DNA of 28,826 bases from the IMG/VR virus record IMGVR_UViG_3300043178_000179, one strand, 5' to 3'. The DNA comes from a virus (lineage: Duplodnaviria; Heunggongvirae; Uroviricota; Caudoviricetes). Positions within the stretch are counted from its first letter, which is position 1. Each line of letters starts with the position of its first letter. Below are positions 8,307 through 17,079 of the stretch, piece after piece. The position numbers and the translations under genes are program-made. The notes under the pieces are model-generated. The model searched no databases. It saw only the letters and a list, made by a program, of their open reading frames with translations, and was not told the origin of the DNA.

Positions 8307-8867
8307 ATGGACGGTCGCCTGCCCGCGCTGGCCGCACCCCTGGCGATGATCGCCATCGCCACGGCCAGACGCTCCCGCCGCGGCTCCTCGGCCCGTTCCC
8401 CTCTCGACCGCTTCCTGGCCATCGTGGAGGCCGGCCTCGGAGCCTTCCCGGACGAGATACCCCAGGAACTCACCCGTGCGCTCGACGCGGAGTTCCGTTT
8501 TCTCGGCGTGGGTGGGAGCCGCGCCGTCTACCGGCTGGACAAGGAGACGGTCGCGAAGCTGGGCGACGCGGTGGCGAACGAGGAGGAGTACGACACCTGG
8601 AAGCGCTTTGGCGAGAGGATGGGCTCCGACGACCTCGTCCCGGTGCGAGGTATCTACGCCGATGGCCGGGTCTTGGTCATGGACTACGCTCGTCCCGTGA
8701 CCCAGGCCCGCGCCGCGTCCCCAGCCGTGGCCGCCCGGATCGACCGCGCACGGGGCCGGCTCGACGCCATCGGCCTGGACAGCCTCGACGCGCGGTTCGA
8801 CTTCAACTGGGGCTGGCACCACGGGAAGGTGAAGCTGTTGGACTACGGGAGCGGCCCCGCCGACTAG
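8307..8867 (+). CDS. Minimal protein-kinase-like fold protein with hydrophobic leader, 186 aa
   Basis: Gly loop GVGGSRAVY, beta3 Lys (VAKL), alphaC Glu (NEEEY), catalytic D..N (DARFDFN) and DFG-equivalent DYG. Confidence 0.7.
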   Translation: MDGRLPALAAPLAMIAIATARRSRRGSSARSPLDRFLAIVEAGLGAFPDEIPQELTRALDAEFRFLGVGGSRAVYRLDKETVAKLGDAVANEEEYDTWKRFGERMGSDDLVPVRGIYADGRVLVMDYARPVTQARAASPAVAARIDRARGRLDAIGLDSLDARFDFNWGWHHGKVKLLDYGSGPAD

Positions 8868-8890
8868 TCCGTGCCCCCGCCCCACGGTCG

Positions 8891-8899
8891 TGGTAGGTT
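8891..8899 (+). promoter_or_regulatory. Candidate extended -10 promoter (TG-G-TAGGTT) positioned for a leaderless transcript of the 8906 gene
   Basis: The hexamer ends at 8899, 6 nt before ATG 8906; no good SD in between. Confidence 0.4.
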
Positions 8900-8905
8900 G
8901 GACTG

Positions 8906-10651
8906 ATGAAGCCCTCCCGTCTCCGCGGTGCCCGCGCGCTTCTACCGGACGAGGTCGAGCCGCTGACCGCGAAGGTGCTCGGTGAGCTGCGTGCCGCCGC
9001 CGGTGGATTCCTCGGCCAGCGCCAGTGGACGGGCTGGCTCTACCGGGGGATGTCCCGCGCGGAGTTCGGTCGTCACTGGGCGGACGGGACCATGCACTGG
9101 ACGGTCGACCGCCCGCTCGCGGAGGATCACGCGGCTCGGTATCCCGACGGCGTCGTGATCCGGGCGAACGCGAAGACCCTGATCGGGCTCGGCATCGGGA
9201 TCGGCCCGGACGAGGGGGTCCGGGAGGACCTCGGCGTCACCTCCTGGGAGAGCTCGCTCCAGGAGGGCGGGTCGCTCTCCCTGGTCGGGCCGCTGGAGAG
9301 CGTGCGGGCACGCGCGGCGATCGCGCCGCCGCGAGGGAGCCACGCCGATGCCCCCGACTCCAGGGGGATCCCGGTGCCGTCGAAGGCCACCAAGGGACTG
9401 AGGGCCGCGCGGCGCTTCCCGGACAGGACGCTGAGCGATCTGCCCGACGACGAGATCGAGGCGCGCCCCGGGGACATCGTCTTTCCCGTCCGTGGCGCCC
9501 TGATGCTGGCCGGCGTGATCCGCGGTGGCCGGGTGATCGGTTGGCTCAACGTCGGGGGCTACGGCTACCGGGACGTGCTCGCGCTCTACCCCGAGGTGGA
9601 TTGGCACCGCGGGGAGTCACCCCCCTGGCGCCACGGCCAGGACCTGGAGGTCCAGGGCGACCGGTTCGTGGCCCGCGAGGGCTCGCGCAGCCGAAAGGCA
9701 TTGAGAAAGGCTGCCCGCAAGGGCGTGCCCCCTGGCGTTTCGCGGGGGCCCAATCGTCCTTTCGACACGGGTGCCATTGGAGAGCCCAACTGGGGCCGTA
9801 TCGGCTTCGCTTCCACGCTGGCCGAGGCGACTTCGAGGTACAAGCAGTTCGAGACGGAGCAATCTCGTGAGGCGCGTCACTTTCTTACCCGCCTCGCGCG
9901 CCTCCAGTTCGACGAGGAACGCATTGCTGGTCGCGGCCGCGGCTCGCGGACCAACGGCGGCGGGGAGGAGCAGCGGCCGACGGCGCTGGTGGTCCAGCGG
10001 CAGCTGCTGGAGCCGGAGGTCATCGAGGAGCCTTTTGCGGGCACCGCGGTGCCCCAGCTTCGCCGCCGGGCCGACGTCGCGCTGCCCGACACGGTGCTCT
10101 GGGGGCTGATCGCGTCTCAGGGCGACGTCCTCTCGGGGATGACGTTCGAGCAGGCGGTGGTCGAGGACCCACGCCGGATCGACGCGCTGATCTCGCAGCA
10201 GATCGGCCTGGCCTTCGCGGAGGTGTTCGGCGTGCCGGCCGGTCCCGAGGCCGGAGAACTCTACCTGATGGGGATCGACTTCGCGCGGCAGGCGCACGGC
10301 GGCGAGCTGCCGGTTCGCGCGCTGGTGAGCCTCGTCGAGGAGAACATGGACCGGGCGCTCTTCGCGACGTTCCCGCGGATGCCGGTCTTCGCCAGGGCAG
10401 AGCTGCGCCGTCGGCTTCCCGTCTTCGACGCCGCGCTCGACGCCGGCGCGGCCATCGCGCGTCGCGCCCAGACGATCGCCCGTGCCCGGGGGCTTGGCGA
10501 GGACAGCCAGGCCTGGCGGGACCTCGCGGACTACCTCGAAGGGCACAAGGACATGATCCGGCACGCGCTGGCCCAGGGGCTGCCGGGTCCGGTCGCGCGG
10601 CCGATGCTGCCGCTTGGGCGCCGGATGCTTCCCGGGCCGCGACGGAGGTAG
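8906..10651 (+). CDS. Multi-module protein, 581 aa; N-terminal region weakly ADP-ribosyltransferase-like
   Basis: WLYRG...HWT.D...A...A...GVVI resembles ART-fold strand motifs (weak). The modules are separated by RGSH, EGSR and RGSR. Confidence 0.7.
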   Translation: MKPSRLRGARALLPDEVEPLTAKVLGELRAAAGGFLGQRQWTGWLYRGMSRAEFGRHWADGTMHWTVDRPLAEDHAARYPDGVVIRANAKTLIGLGIGIGPDEGVREDLGVTSWESSLQEGGSLSLVGPLESVRARAAIAPPRGSHADAPDSRGIPVPSKATKGLRAARRFPDRTLSDLPDDEIEARPGDIVFPVRGALMLAGVIRGGRVIGWLNVGGYGYRDVLALYPEVDWHRGESPPWRHGQDLEVQGDRFVAREGSRSRKALRKAARKGVPPGVSRGPNRPFDTGAIGEPNWGRIGFASTLAEATSRYKQFETEQSREARHFLTRLARLQFDEERIAGRGRGSRTNGGGEEQRPTALVVQRQLLEPEVIEEPFAGTAVPQLRRRADVALPDTVLWGLIASQGDVLSGMTFEQAVVEDPRRIDALISQQIGLAFAEVFGVPAGPEAGELYLMGIDFARQAHGGELPVRALVSLVEENMDRALFATFPRMPVFARAELRRRLPVFDAALDAGAAIARRAQTIARARGLGEDSQAWRDLADYLEGHKDMIRHALAQGLPGPVARPMLPLGRRMLPGPRRR

Positions 10652-10654
10652 GCG

Positions 10655-11545
10655 ATGGCGAAGACCGCCGAGGGTGTCGAGGTCGAGGACCGGCCGCAGC
10701 ACGAGCGCCTCCGGCTGCTCCCCGGCCGCCGTCGTCGCGGCCTGGACGAGACGGAGAAGGAGATCGCGCGGATGGTGTTCGGGAAGTCGCTCGACCCGGA
10801 CGCGGTACAGCTCCGGCTCAGGCCCATCCGACCCGCCGGTGTGCTGGCCTACGAGCGGGAGGGGACGGTCACGGTGCAACGGCCCGGCTACGCGCCGCAG
10901 TTCCGGCGCTGGAGCGGGAAGCTGTTGCCGCAGGGCATCACGACGCTGGTGCACGAGCTGGGGCACGTCTGGCAGGAGGGGAAGTACGGGGGGATCGAAC
11001 CGCTGGTGCGCCTCTCGCAGTCGTACAGGCAGGCCGCAGGTCTGGACGACCCGCTCGCGGCCTACGATTGGCTGGGCCAGGCGAAGCGCGGGCTGGGCCC
11101 CTGGGACTTCCACCCGGAGGCGCAGGCCGAGGCGATCGCCTCCTGGTTCGCGGCCAAGGCCGCGCTCGCGGGCTACCCGCAGTTCCTGTCTCCGACGATG
11201 ACGGACGTCCCGGCCGCGCTCAAGCTGGAGCCGTGGATCAAGGAACTCCAGGGCGGCGCGCATCGTTGGCCGGACCCCGCGGCCGTCCGCCGCGCGTTCG
11301 CGTCGGCCGCTCCGGCTCCAGCCCCTGCGCCCATCCCGGCCCCTGCGCCCATCCCGTCCCCTGCGCCCATCCCGGCCCCTGCGCCCATCCCGGCCCCCGC
11401 GCCCATCCCGCTCGCGCCTTCCGAACCGGCGGCCCCATCCGGCCCCTCCCTCGGCGTGCTGATCCTGGTCGGTGCAGCCGCCGTCGCTGCGGTTGCGTGG
11501 TGGGCGTCCGACTCCGGCGGTTCGCGCCCGGTGCGGTATGCCTAG
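10655..11545 (+). CDS. HExxH zinc-metallopeptidase-like (DUF4157/eCIS-core-like) domain, Pro-rich stalk and C-terminal TM anchor, 296 aa
   Basis: LDETEKEIARMVFG..LD...LVHELGHVWQ...FHPEAQAEAIA pattern; APAPIP linker; LGVLILVGAAAVAAVAWW. Confidence 0.75.
   Translation: MAKTAEGVEVEDRPQHERLRLLPGRRRRGLDETEKEIARMVFGKSLDPDAVQLRLRPIRPAGVLAYEREGTVTVQRPGYAPQFRRWSGKLLPQGITTLVHELGHVWQEGKYGGIEPLVRLSQSYRQAAGLDDPLAAYDWLGQAKRGLGPWDFHPEAQAEAIASWFAAKAALAGYPQFLSPTMTDVPAALKLEPWIKELQGGAHRWPDPAAVRRAFASAAPAPAPAPIPAPAPIPSPAPIPAPAPIPAPAPIPLAPSEPAAPSGPSLGVLILVGAAAVAAVAWWASDSGGSRPVRYA
11321..11410 (+). repeat. 18-bp tandem repeat GCCCCTGCGCCCATCCCG x5 (APAPIP stalk)
   Basis: Units at 11321, 11339, 11357, 11375, 11393 with minor variants. 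Confidence 0.92.
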
Positions 11546-12143
11546 GCCCCAGTTCGCGGTCGGGGATCGGGTGCAGGTCGTCCTGGGCCAGTCCCACGGC
11601 GTGGGGCAGACGACCGGGACGATCCGGGAGGTCCTGCGGACGGTCGCCTACGGGGTCGAGTTCGACGGGATGCCTGGGAAGGTGCACCGCTGGTACGTGG
11701 AGTCCGAGCTCGCCCCCTTGGCCCCCCCGCGGCGTCCGCGGATGGTCCGCGATGGCACCTGGGTCGCGCTTCTCGTCCCTGCCGCGCTCGCGCTGTTCTC
11801 GGCCGCGGCGGGGAGCGCGGACATTGACGCCGCGCGCCGCGCCGAGCGCCGGACCATCGAAGAGGTCGGCCTCGCCTGGGCCCGCGGCGTGCCGCTCAAG
11901 GGGGGCCGTGGGGCGTTCAAGACGGACGGTCAGACGATCTGGTCCTACTCCGAGGTCATCGGAGAGACGGTCATGGGCCGGAAGGTCGCGTACGACTTCA
12001 CCTACAAGGGAGGTCGCTCCTTCTCGGTCACGACCGGCAGGCACGTCGGCATCGCGAAGCGGTACGCCGACGTGGTCCGGCCTCCCTACACCCGCGACCT
12101 CCCTTCGATCTCCATGTACGCGCGCTTCCAGGGGCTGCGGTGA
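11538..12143 (+). CDS. SH3-like N-terminal domain, internal DGT-hydrophobic segment and TDG-WSY domain, 201 aa
   Basis: F.VGDRV...YGVEFDG....HRWYVESEL resembles YdhK/DUF1541 SH3-like repeats (recollection). The C-terminal domain is homologous to two domains of the next gene. Confidence 0.7.
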   Translation: MPRPQFAVGDRVQVVLGQSHGVGQTTGTIREVLRTVAYGVEFDGMPGKVHRWYVESELAPLAPPRRPRMVRDGTWVALLVPAALALFSAAAGSADIDAARRAERRTIEEVGLAWARGVPLKGGRGAFKTDGQTIWSYSEVIGETVMGRKVAYDFTYKGGRSFSVTTGRHVGIAKRYADVVRPPYTRDLPSISMYARFQGLR

Positions 12144-13045
12144 AGCGGGGCAGCGCGATGTCGCAGAAGGGGGCCCAGGAAGTCGCTCGCGCGTGGGGCG
12201 CCGGAGAGGCGGCGCATCGTGCGAACGTATGGACGGACGGCCAGTCGCTGTGGTCCTACGGGCTCTTGATCGGGCTGACGGACGAAGCGGGCCGGAAGGT
12301 GCTGCTCGACTACCGGGGTCGCTACTCGGTGAGCACGACGACGTCGGGCCACGTCGGGGCCGCGGAGCGCTTCGCGGATCGTGTCGAGACGCCGGAGAAA
12401 TGGCTCCCGAAGAAGTTCTTCAAGATCCCGAGGATCAGCCGTGGCTCGACCGCCCGCACCCAGGACGTGGTCCGGGCCTGGGTCGAGGGCCGCCGCGCCA
12501 AGGTCGGCGAGCTCGTGACGGACGGCGTGACGCTCTGGTCCTTCGACACGGTGATCGGACAGACCCGTGGCGAGGCCAAGGTCGCGGTCGAGCCCGACCG
12601 TCGCCGCCGTGGTCCGACCCAGCGGGAGCACCTCCGCCTGGCGAAGCTCGCGGCCGACCGGACGATCTCGGGCCTGCTGGTCCATATCCCCATGCCGACG
12701 CTCCCGGCCGCGGCCGACCCGACGAAGCCGAGGGTCGGACCCCGCTCGACGGCCCTGGAGATCATCCGTGCCGAGTACGGGTACTCGACGAACATGATGA
12801 CGCCGAAACGGATCGGGGCCTACAAGTTCCCCGGCGGCGCGGTCGAACTCTCGGTCGGTGTCGGCATCCCGCGGCGGTCTGGGGAGCCGGGGCCTCCGAT
12901 CTACGCCCTGAGCGTCGTCTACGTGAACGAGGACGGGACGACACGCCGCGCGGTGCGGGAGGAAGCCGGTGGGGTCTTCTTCGACCTGGACGCGGCCTAC
13001 GACGCGATCGAGGGCCTCGGCGGCCGCGTCCGTCGGCGTCGGTAG
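12140..13045 (+). CDS. Protein with two TDG-WS[YF] repeats and a third unrelated domain, 301 aa
   Basis: GTGA coupling (alternative ATG at 12158); internal duplication V.RAW..G...TDG..LWS[YF]...IG.T. Confidence 0.8.
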   Translation: MKRGSAMSQKGAQEVARAWGAGEAAHRANVWTDGQSLWSYGLLIGLTDEAGRKVLLDYRGRYSVSTTTSGHVGAAERFADRVETPEKWLPKKFFKIPRISRGSTARTQDVVRAWVEGRRAKVGELVTDGVTLWSFDTVIGQTRGEAKVAVEPDRRRRGPTQREHLRLAKLAADRTISGLLVHIPMPTLPAAADPTKPRVGPRSTALEIIRAEYGYSTNMMTPKRIGAYKFPGGAVELSVGVGIPRRSGEPGPPIYALSVVYVNEDGTTRRAVREEAGGVFFDLDAAYDAIEGLGGRVRRRR

Positions 13046-13723
13046 ATGGCCGGGCAGCTCTCGCTCGACGATCTCCTCCGGGTGGCCCGCGCGCAGTCCT
13101 GCCTCCCGGTCGGCCGCGCTTGTCCGGTCGTCGTGGCGCTCTTCATCGAGCCGACGGGGCCCTACGCGCAGCGCGCCGGAGTCGAGGGATGGGGTCCGGA
13201 CCGGGACGCCCGGACCTACGGTGGCCCGCACCCCGTGGTGGCGCACCCGCCGTGCGCCGCCTGGGGCCGCTATGCGGGGACGCGGGGCCCGCCGGTCGGC
13301 GAGGACGAGGGGTGCTTCGCGGCGGCGCTCGCGGCGGTGAAGCGGTACGGCGGCGTGCTGGAGCACCCGGCGGACACCAAGGCGTTCGCCGCCTTCCGCC
13401 TGCCCAAGCCGCCCCGCGAGGGTGGCTGGCTGCCCTTCACGCTGCGCGGTGCCCGTGCCCCGGCCTGGGTGGCGCACGTCGAGCAGGGGCACTACGGGCA
13501 CGAGGCCAACAAGCCGACCTGGCTGCTCTACGTGGGGAACCGCCCCCCGCCCGAGCTGCGCTGGGGGCCTTCCGGTGTTCCACGCCGTCCCGGGAGTTCG
13601 CCACGCCGGGGCAACGTAGAGCGGATGTCGAAGCGCCAGCGGGCGCTGACGCCTCCGGCCTTCGCGGACCTGCTGGTTCGGATGGCGCGGAACTCCCTTG
13701 CCGGTGGCACCATGCCACGCTAA
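13046..13723 (+). CDS. Truncated C5 cytosine-methyltransferase-like protein, 225 aa
   Basis: DAR...VVAHPPC (motif IV), VLEHP (motif VI-like) and Q.HYGH...KPTWL (motif VIII-like). Motif I is degenerate, and no TRD or motifs IX-X are evident. Confidence 0.65.
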   Translation: MAGQLSLDDLLRVARAQSCLPVGRACPVVVALFIEPTGPYAQRAGVEGWGPDRDARTYGGPHPVVAHPPCAAWGRYAGTRGPPVGEDEGCFAAALAAVKRYGGVLEHPADTKAFAAFRLPKPPREGGWLPFTLRGARAPAWVAHVEQGHYGHEANKPTWLLYVGNRPPPELRWGPSGVPRRPGSSPRRGNVERMSKRQRALTPPAFADLLVRMARNSLAGGTMPR

Positions 13724-13742
13724 GGGCCTGGTCGGAGGTCGG

Positions 13743-14003
13743 ATGGAACCCGATGCGGAGATCCCGGTGGTCGCGCGGCGGGCCTACGAGGTGGAAGGTC
13801 GCCGGGCGCTGGTGGTAGAACCGCCCGCGGCCCTCGTCCGGACGCCGCGCAAGGAGGAAGCTGGCTCCGTCCTTCGGGTGGTGCGGCGGGACGAGTTCGA
13901 GTGGCCCGAGTGGTCACAGGTGCCGCGGTTCGAGGTCCGGGGGGTGGTGATGCTGGCCCCCGGGCGGGAGGATGAGGTCCACCTCGTCGTGGCTCCGGCA
14001 TGA
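13743..14003 (+). CDS. Hypothetical protein, 86 aa
   Basis: GGAGG SD at 13734-13738; ATGA coupling with the next gene. Confidence 0.65.
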   Translation: MEPDAEIPVVARRAYEVEGRRALVVEPPAALVRTPRKEEAGSVLRVVRRDEFEWPEWSQVPRFEVRGVVMLAPGREDEVHLVVAPA

Positions 14004-14437
14004 CGCCACTGTCGCCACTGTCGGCCACCGAAGTCGCCGCCGCGCTCCAGCTGGATCCACCGCTTCCGGTGCGCTTCTGGACGCTCGTCTACCAGGTCCG
14101 GGATTGGCCTCCCGGCACGTTCGTATATCCGAGCGCGCCCGACCCTCACGGAGACATCACCTTCTGGTGGACCTGCCGCGGCCCCCGCGCTGGCCCTATC
14201 GGGATGATGATGACGGAGCCGGAGGCGCTCGGCAACGTGTCCGTGTTCGAGCACGCCGCGGCTCTCCATGCGGTTCGGACGGTGGAACGGCACGGTCGTC
14301 CCGTGGACGAGGGTCTCGTTACCGAGGTGGCGGAGCCGGTCTACGTGGGCGGGGGCGTCGCGATGGCCCGCCATCCTTTGCGCTCGCTCGCATGGATGCG
14401 GCTCGACAACCTCTTCCCGGTGCCACCGACGAAGTGA
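14000..14437 (+). CDS. Hypothetical protein, 145 aa
   Basis: ATGA coupling; protein-like composition. Confidence 0.75.
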   Translation: MTPLSPLSATEVAAALQLDPPLPVRFWTLVYQVRDWPPGTFVYPSAPDPHGDITFWWTCRGPRAGPIGMMMTEPEALGNVSVFEHAAALHAVRTVERHGRPVDEGLVTEVAEPVYVGGGVAMARHPLRSLAWMRLDNLFPVPPTK

Positions 14438-14637
14438 CGGCCGGTCAGCGCCACGAGGCCGGGGGTGGCCTTCGTGGTACTCTTGGCCGAGACCGCCTGG
14501 GAGTTTCCCTTCCCGAATCCCACGGTGAGGCCGGAGAGCGACGAGCGCACGCGGCCCCGGGCCCGACCAAGGTGCCAACCGATCGGGTCCGCTCGCCATG
14601 AGCGCCGAAAGCGAGTAGGATCGGTCAGGAGGTCGGC

Positions 14638-15057
14638 ATGCCCGAAGAGAAGAAGGACGAGAAGGGAATCCTCAACGAGGGCGCGAAGCTCGTCCTGGCG
14701 GCCGTCGGTGTCGCGGCCGCGCTCCAGGTGGCTACCGAGGGCGCCGGCCCGGTCCGCCCGTTCATCGGTCGCAAGGCCCAGAGCTCGCCATCGCATCCGC
14801 AGCAGCTCTCCCCGGCGGGCCCGCCACGTGGAGCCGCCCGCCCCACCCGCGGCGGCTCCTCCGCGAAGCCGTCCGGTTCCCCCGCTCGCGCCGCTGCTCC
14901 GAAGGCTCCGAAGGCTCCGAAGGCGGCGGGGGCCAAGCGCGCGTCTTCGGCCTACCAGAAGTTCGTGAAGGCGCGGCTCTCCGGCTACATCGCCAGCGGG
15001 ATGTCCAACGCAGACGCGATGAAGCGCGTGGCGGCCGAGTGGCGCCGGCGCAAGTAG
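14638..15057 (+). CDS. Basic protein: hydrophobic helix, Pro/Ala/Lys linker and C-terminal HMG-box-like motif, 139 aa
   Basis: AGGAGG SD; KRASSAYQKFVK...AMKRVAAEWRRRK parallels the HMG-box KRP.SAY..F...K...W pattern. Confidence 0.8.
   Translation: MPEEKKDEKGILNEGAKLVLAAVGVAAALQVATEGAGPVRPFIGRKAQSSPSHPQQLSPAGPPRGAARPTRGGSSAKPSGSPARAAAPKAPKAPKAAGAKRASSAYQKFVKARLSGYIASGMSNADAMKRVAAEWRRRK
14896..14922 (+). repeat. 9-bp tandem repeat GCTCCGAAG x3 (APK)
   Basis: Exact units at 14896, 14905, 14914. Confidence 0.85.
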
Positions 15058-15086
15058 ACGAGTCCTCTCGCACCCAGGAGACGACG

Positions 15087-15704
15087 ATGAACGACGGCAC
15101 GATCCTCGCGCTCACCTTTGCCGGAGTCGGCGCGCTCGCCAGGTGGTGGCAGACCGGTTCCTGGAACACGGAGTCGTCGGAGCAATCGGCTGGTTCCCTT
15201 GCCGCCCGTCGTCGGACCCGCGGCCCCAGCGTGGACGTGCCGGGCTACGGCCGGATCCCCGGCTTCGCGCCCGGGGACGCGCCGCCCGAACTCCTGGTCG
15301 AGCGGTCCGCCTACAAGCGCCGGAAGAAGGGCGGGCGCCGGCGGACCGTCCACGTCAGCGCCTCGGACTTCTACATCCAGGACCCCGGACGCCCCGGTCG
15401 TCGCGCCCGTGGCGGGACCAAGGGCTACTTCGCCGGGACCAGGCCCTGGATCACCCGGAAGGGCAAGCTGGGGGGTCCCGGGTTCCTCACGAAGTCCCGC
15501 TCCGAGCAGAAGGCGCTGCTGGACGCCTGCGTGGCCGAGTACGGTTACCGTTCCTGCCTCGGAAGCATCACGGTGCTGGAACGGAGCACGGCGATCCGGG
15601 CGAAGCACGGCAAGACCCTGGCGGCGCTGCGCGGCTGGCTCAAGAGGAGCTACGGCGGTGCCGGCACCTTCGGACCCCGGAAGAAGGCCCGCAGGGCGGC
15701 GTAG
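15087..15704 (+). CDS. Basic protein with MNDGT-hydrophobic leader, 205 aa
   Basis: AGGAG SD; leader shared with the 2680 gene; Arg/Lys-rich body ending KKARRAA. Confidence 0.8.
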   Translation: MNDGTILALTFAGVGALARWWQTGSWNTESSEQSAGSLAARRRTRGPSVDVPGYGRIPGFAPGDAPPELLVERSAYKRRKKGGRRRTVHVSASDFYIQDPGRPGRRARGGTKGYFAGTRPWITRKGKLGGPGFLTKSRSEQKALLDACVAEYGYRSCLGSITVLERSTAIRAKHGKTLAALRGWLKRSYGGAGTFGPRKKARRAA

Positions 15705-15712
15705 GAGGCTCC

Positions 15713-16642
15713 GTGGCCGGACTGTTCTCCGACGGCCGCGCCCTGGCGCTGGGCGCGGTCGCGACCTTGGCGGTCGCCGGGAAGCTCCGTGGGTCGAGCG
15801 CCCATGTGCTCCCGAAGCAGCTTGTCGACACGCCCGGAGCCGCGTCCGCGCGGACCTTCCTCGCTGGGCTGCTCGCGGCGCTCCGCGTGGCGCACTGGAA
15901 CGCCTGGAAGGCCCACTGGAAGGCCCGCGGAGACGCTTTCTACGGCGACCACCTGCTGTTCCAGCGGATCTACGAAGAGATCGTCCCGCAGATCGACGAA
16001 CTGGCCGAGCGGATGGTCTCGACCTTCGGGGACGCGGCGCTCGACCGGGTGGAGCCCTACGTCCGCCAGCTCGAAGGCCAGGCGAAGCAGAAGGGCGATC
16101 CGCAGGCCACGGCCGTCTGGTTGGAGCAGGAGATCCAGGAGGGCATCTCCCGTGCGCGGGAGGTGATGGAGAGGTACGAGGTGCTGTCGCTCGGATGGGA
16201 CGACTTCCTGATGGGGCTCGCGTCCGAGCACGAGCGGTTCTCCTACCTCATCGGCCAGCGGCTCAAGACCTGGAAGGGCTCGCCCGCCCGTGGTTCCACC
16301 TGCGGGTGTGGCAGCCGCGCGGTCTTTCGTGGTCGGCGCCTGCCGAAGGCGGTGCCCGAACCGCGGCCCGGGCTGGTGGTCCTGCTCCGCTTCCCGGGGA
16401 CGCGCCCGACGGCGTACCGCGTGCTGGAGGTCGGAGCGGCCGGGGTCCTGGCCGAGCGCCTCCGGTATCCGGAGCTCCATCCACCCTACGGGCCGACCCG
16501 GATCCAGTGGAGGAACTGGTCGCGCTGGGTCCGCATGCACCCCCAGGCCGCTCGGCTGATGGGGAAGGATCCGGCCCGCCTGGCCGCCGAGCGCCTCGCC
16601 TCCTGGCAATCGGAGGGCAGCTTCGCCCGCGGTCGCGCCTGA
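15713..16642 (+). CDS. Dps/ferritin-like four-helix domain fused to a hydrophobic leader and a C-terminal domain, 309 aa
   Basis: AGGAGG SD and GTG start; HWKARGDAFYGDHLLFQRIYEE...IDELAER matches the Dps HWN..G..F...H..F...Y...D..AER signature. Confidence 0.75.
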   Translation: MAGLFSDGRALALGAVATLAVAGKLRGSSAHVLPKQLVDTPGAASARTFLAGLLAALRVAHWNAWKAHWKARGDAFYGDHLLFQRIYEEIVPQIDELAERMVSTFGDAALDRVEPYVRQLEGQAKQKGDPQATAVWLEQEIQEGISRAREVMERYEVLSLGWDDFLMGLASEHERFSYLIGQRLKTWKGSPARGSTCGCGSRAVFRGRRLPKAVPEPRPGLVVLLRFPGTRPTAYRVLEVGAAGVLAERLRYPELHPPYGPTRIQWRNWSRWVRMHPQAARLMGKDPARLAAERLASWQSEGSFARGRA

Positions 16643-17079
16643 TGGCCTGGCGTCGTCCGCGCCGGACGGTGATCCAGCTCACCGGGGACCCCTCCGAGAG
16701 CGGGTCGGGCGGTGGGGTGCTGTACCGGGACGAGTACGGTGTCACCTGGCACACCTGGGAGTACGTGGAGGACCGCGAGGACGAGGACCCGTGGCTCCAG
16801 TGGTACATCAGCATCCCGGACGACGTCATCGCCTGGTACAACTGGGTGGACTGGCTCCAGGTCGCCCGTCACGAGGGCTGGCCGCCGCCGATCCCGCGGC
16901 CCTCGGATCCGTCGGGCACCCGCGAGATCGTCGAACTCGGTCGCTCGAAGGATCCGGTCCAACGCTGGCGGTTGGTCGACGCCATCGCCAGCTACTACGG
17001 GAATGAGAACCTCGCGGACCCGAGCGACTACGTCTCGTGGCGCGACATCAAGCGCCAGTGGCCGAGGATCCTCCGATGA
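16642..17079 (+). CDS. Trp-rich paralog array member 1, 145 aa
   Basis: TGATG coupling; IP.PSDPSG, SKDP and WPRILR shared with the next genes. Confidence 0.85.
   Translation: MAWRRPRRTVIQLTGDPSESGSGGGVLYRDEYGVTWHTWEYVEDREDEDPWLQWYISIPDDVIAWYNWVDWLQVARHEGWPPPIPRPSDPSGTREIVELGRSKDPVQRWRLVDAIASYYGNENLADPSDYVSWRDIKRQWPRILR

Noticed and set aside
7766-8473. 235-aa minus-strand ORF over the low-GC island
   Set aside because: It overlaps the start of the kinase gene and has no motif, whereas the + frame gives recognisable wHTH features. It is not fully excluded.
11068-13818. 916-aa + strand ORF, and other long alternate-frame ORFs (15118-17079, 18278-20548)
   Set aside because: Off-frame readings of GC-rich coding DNA. 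Only the terminal in-frame parts that match real genes (e.g. 16642-17079) were kept.
14590-14620. ATGAG...CGAAA resembling a hammerhead ribozyme core
   Set aside because: It lacks CUGAUGA and the three-stem arrangement.
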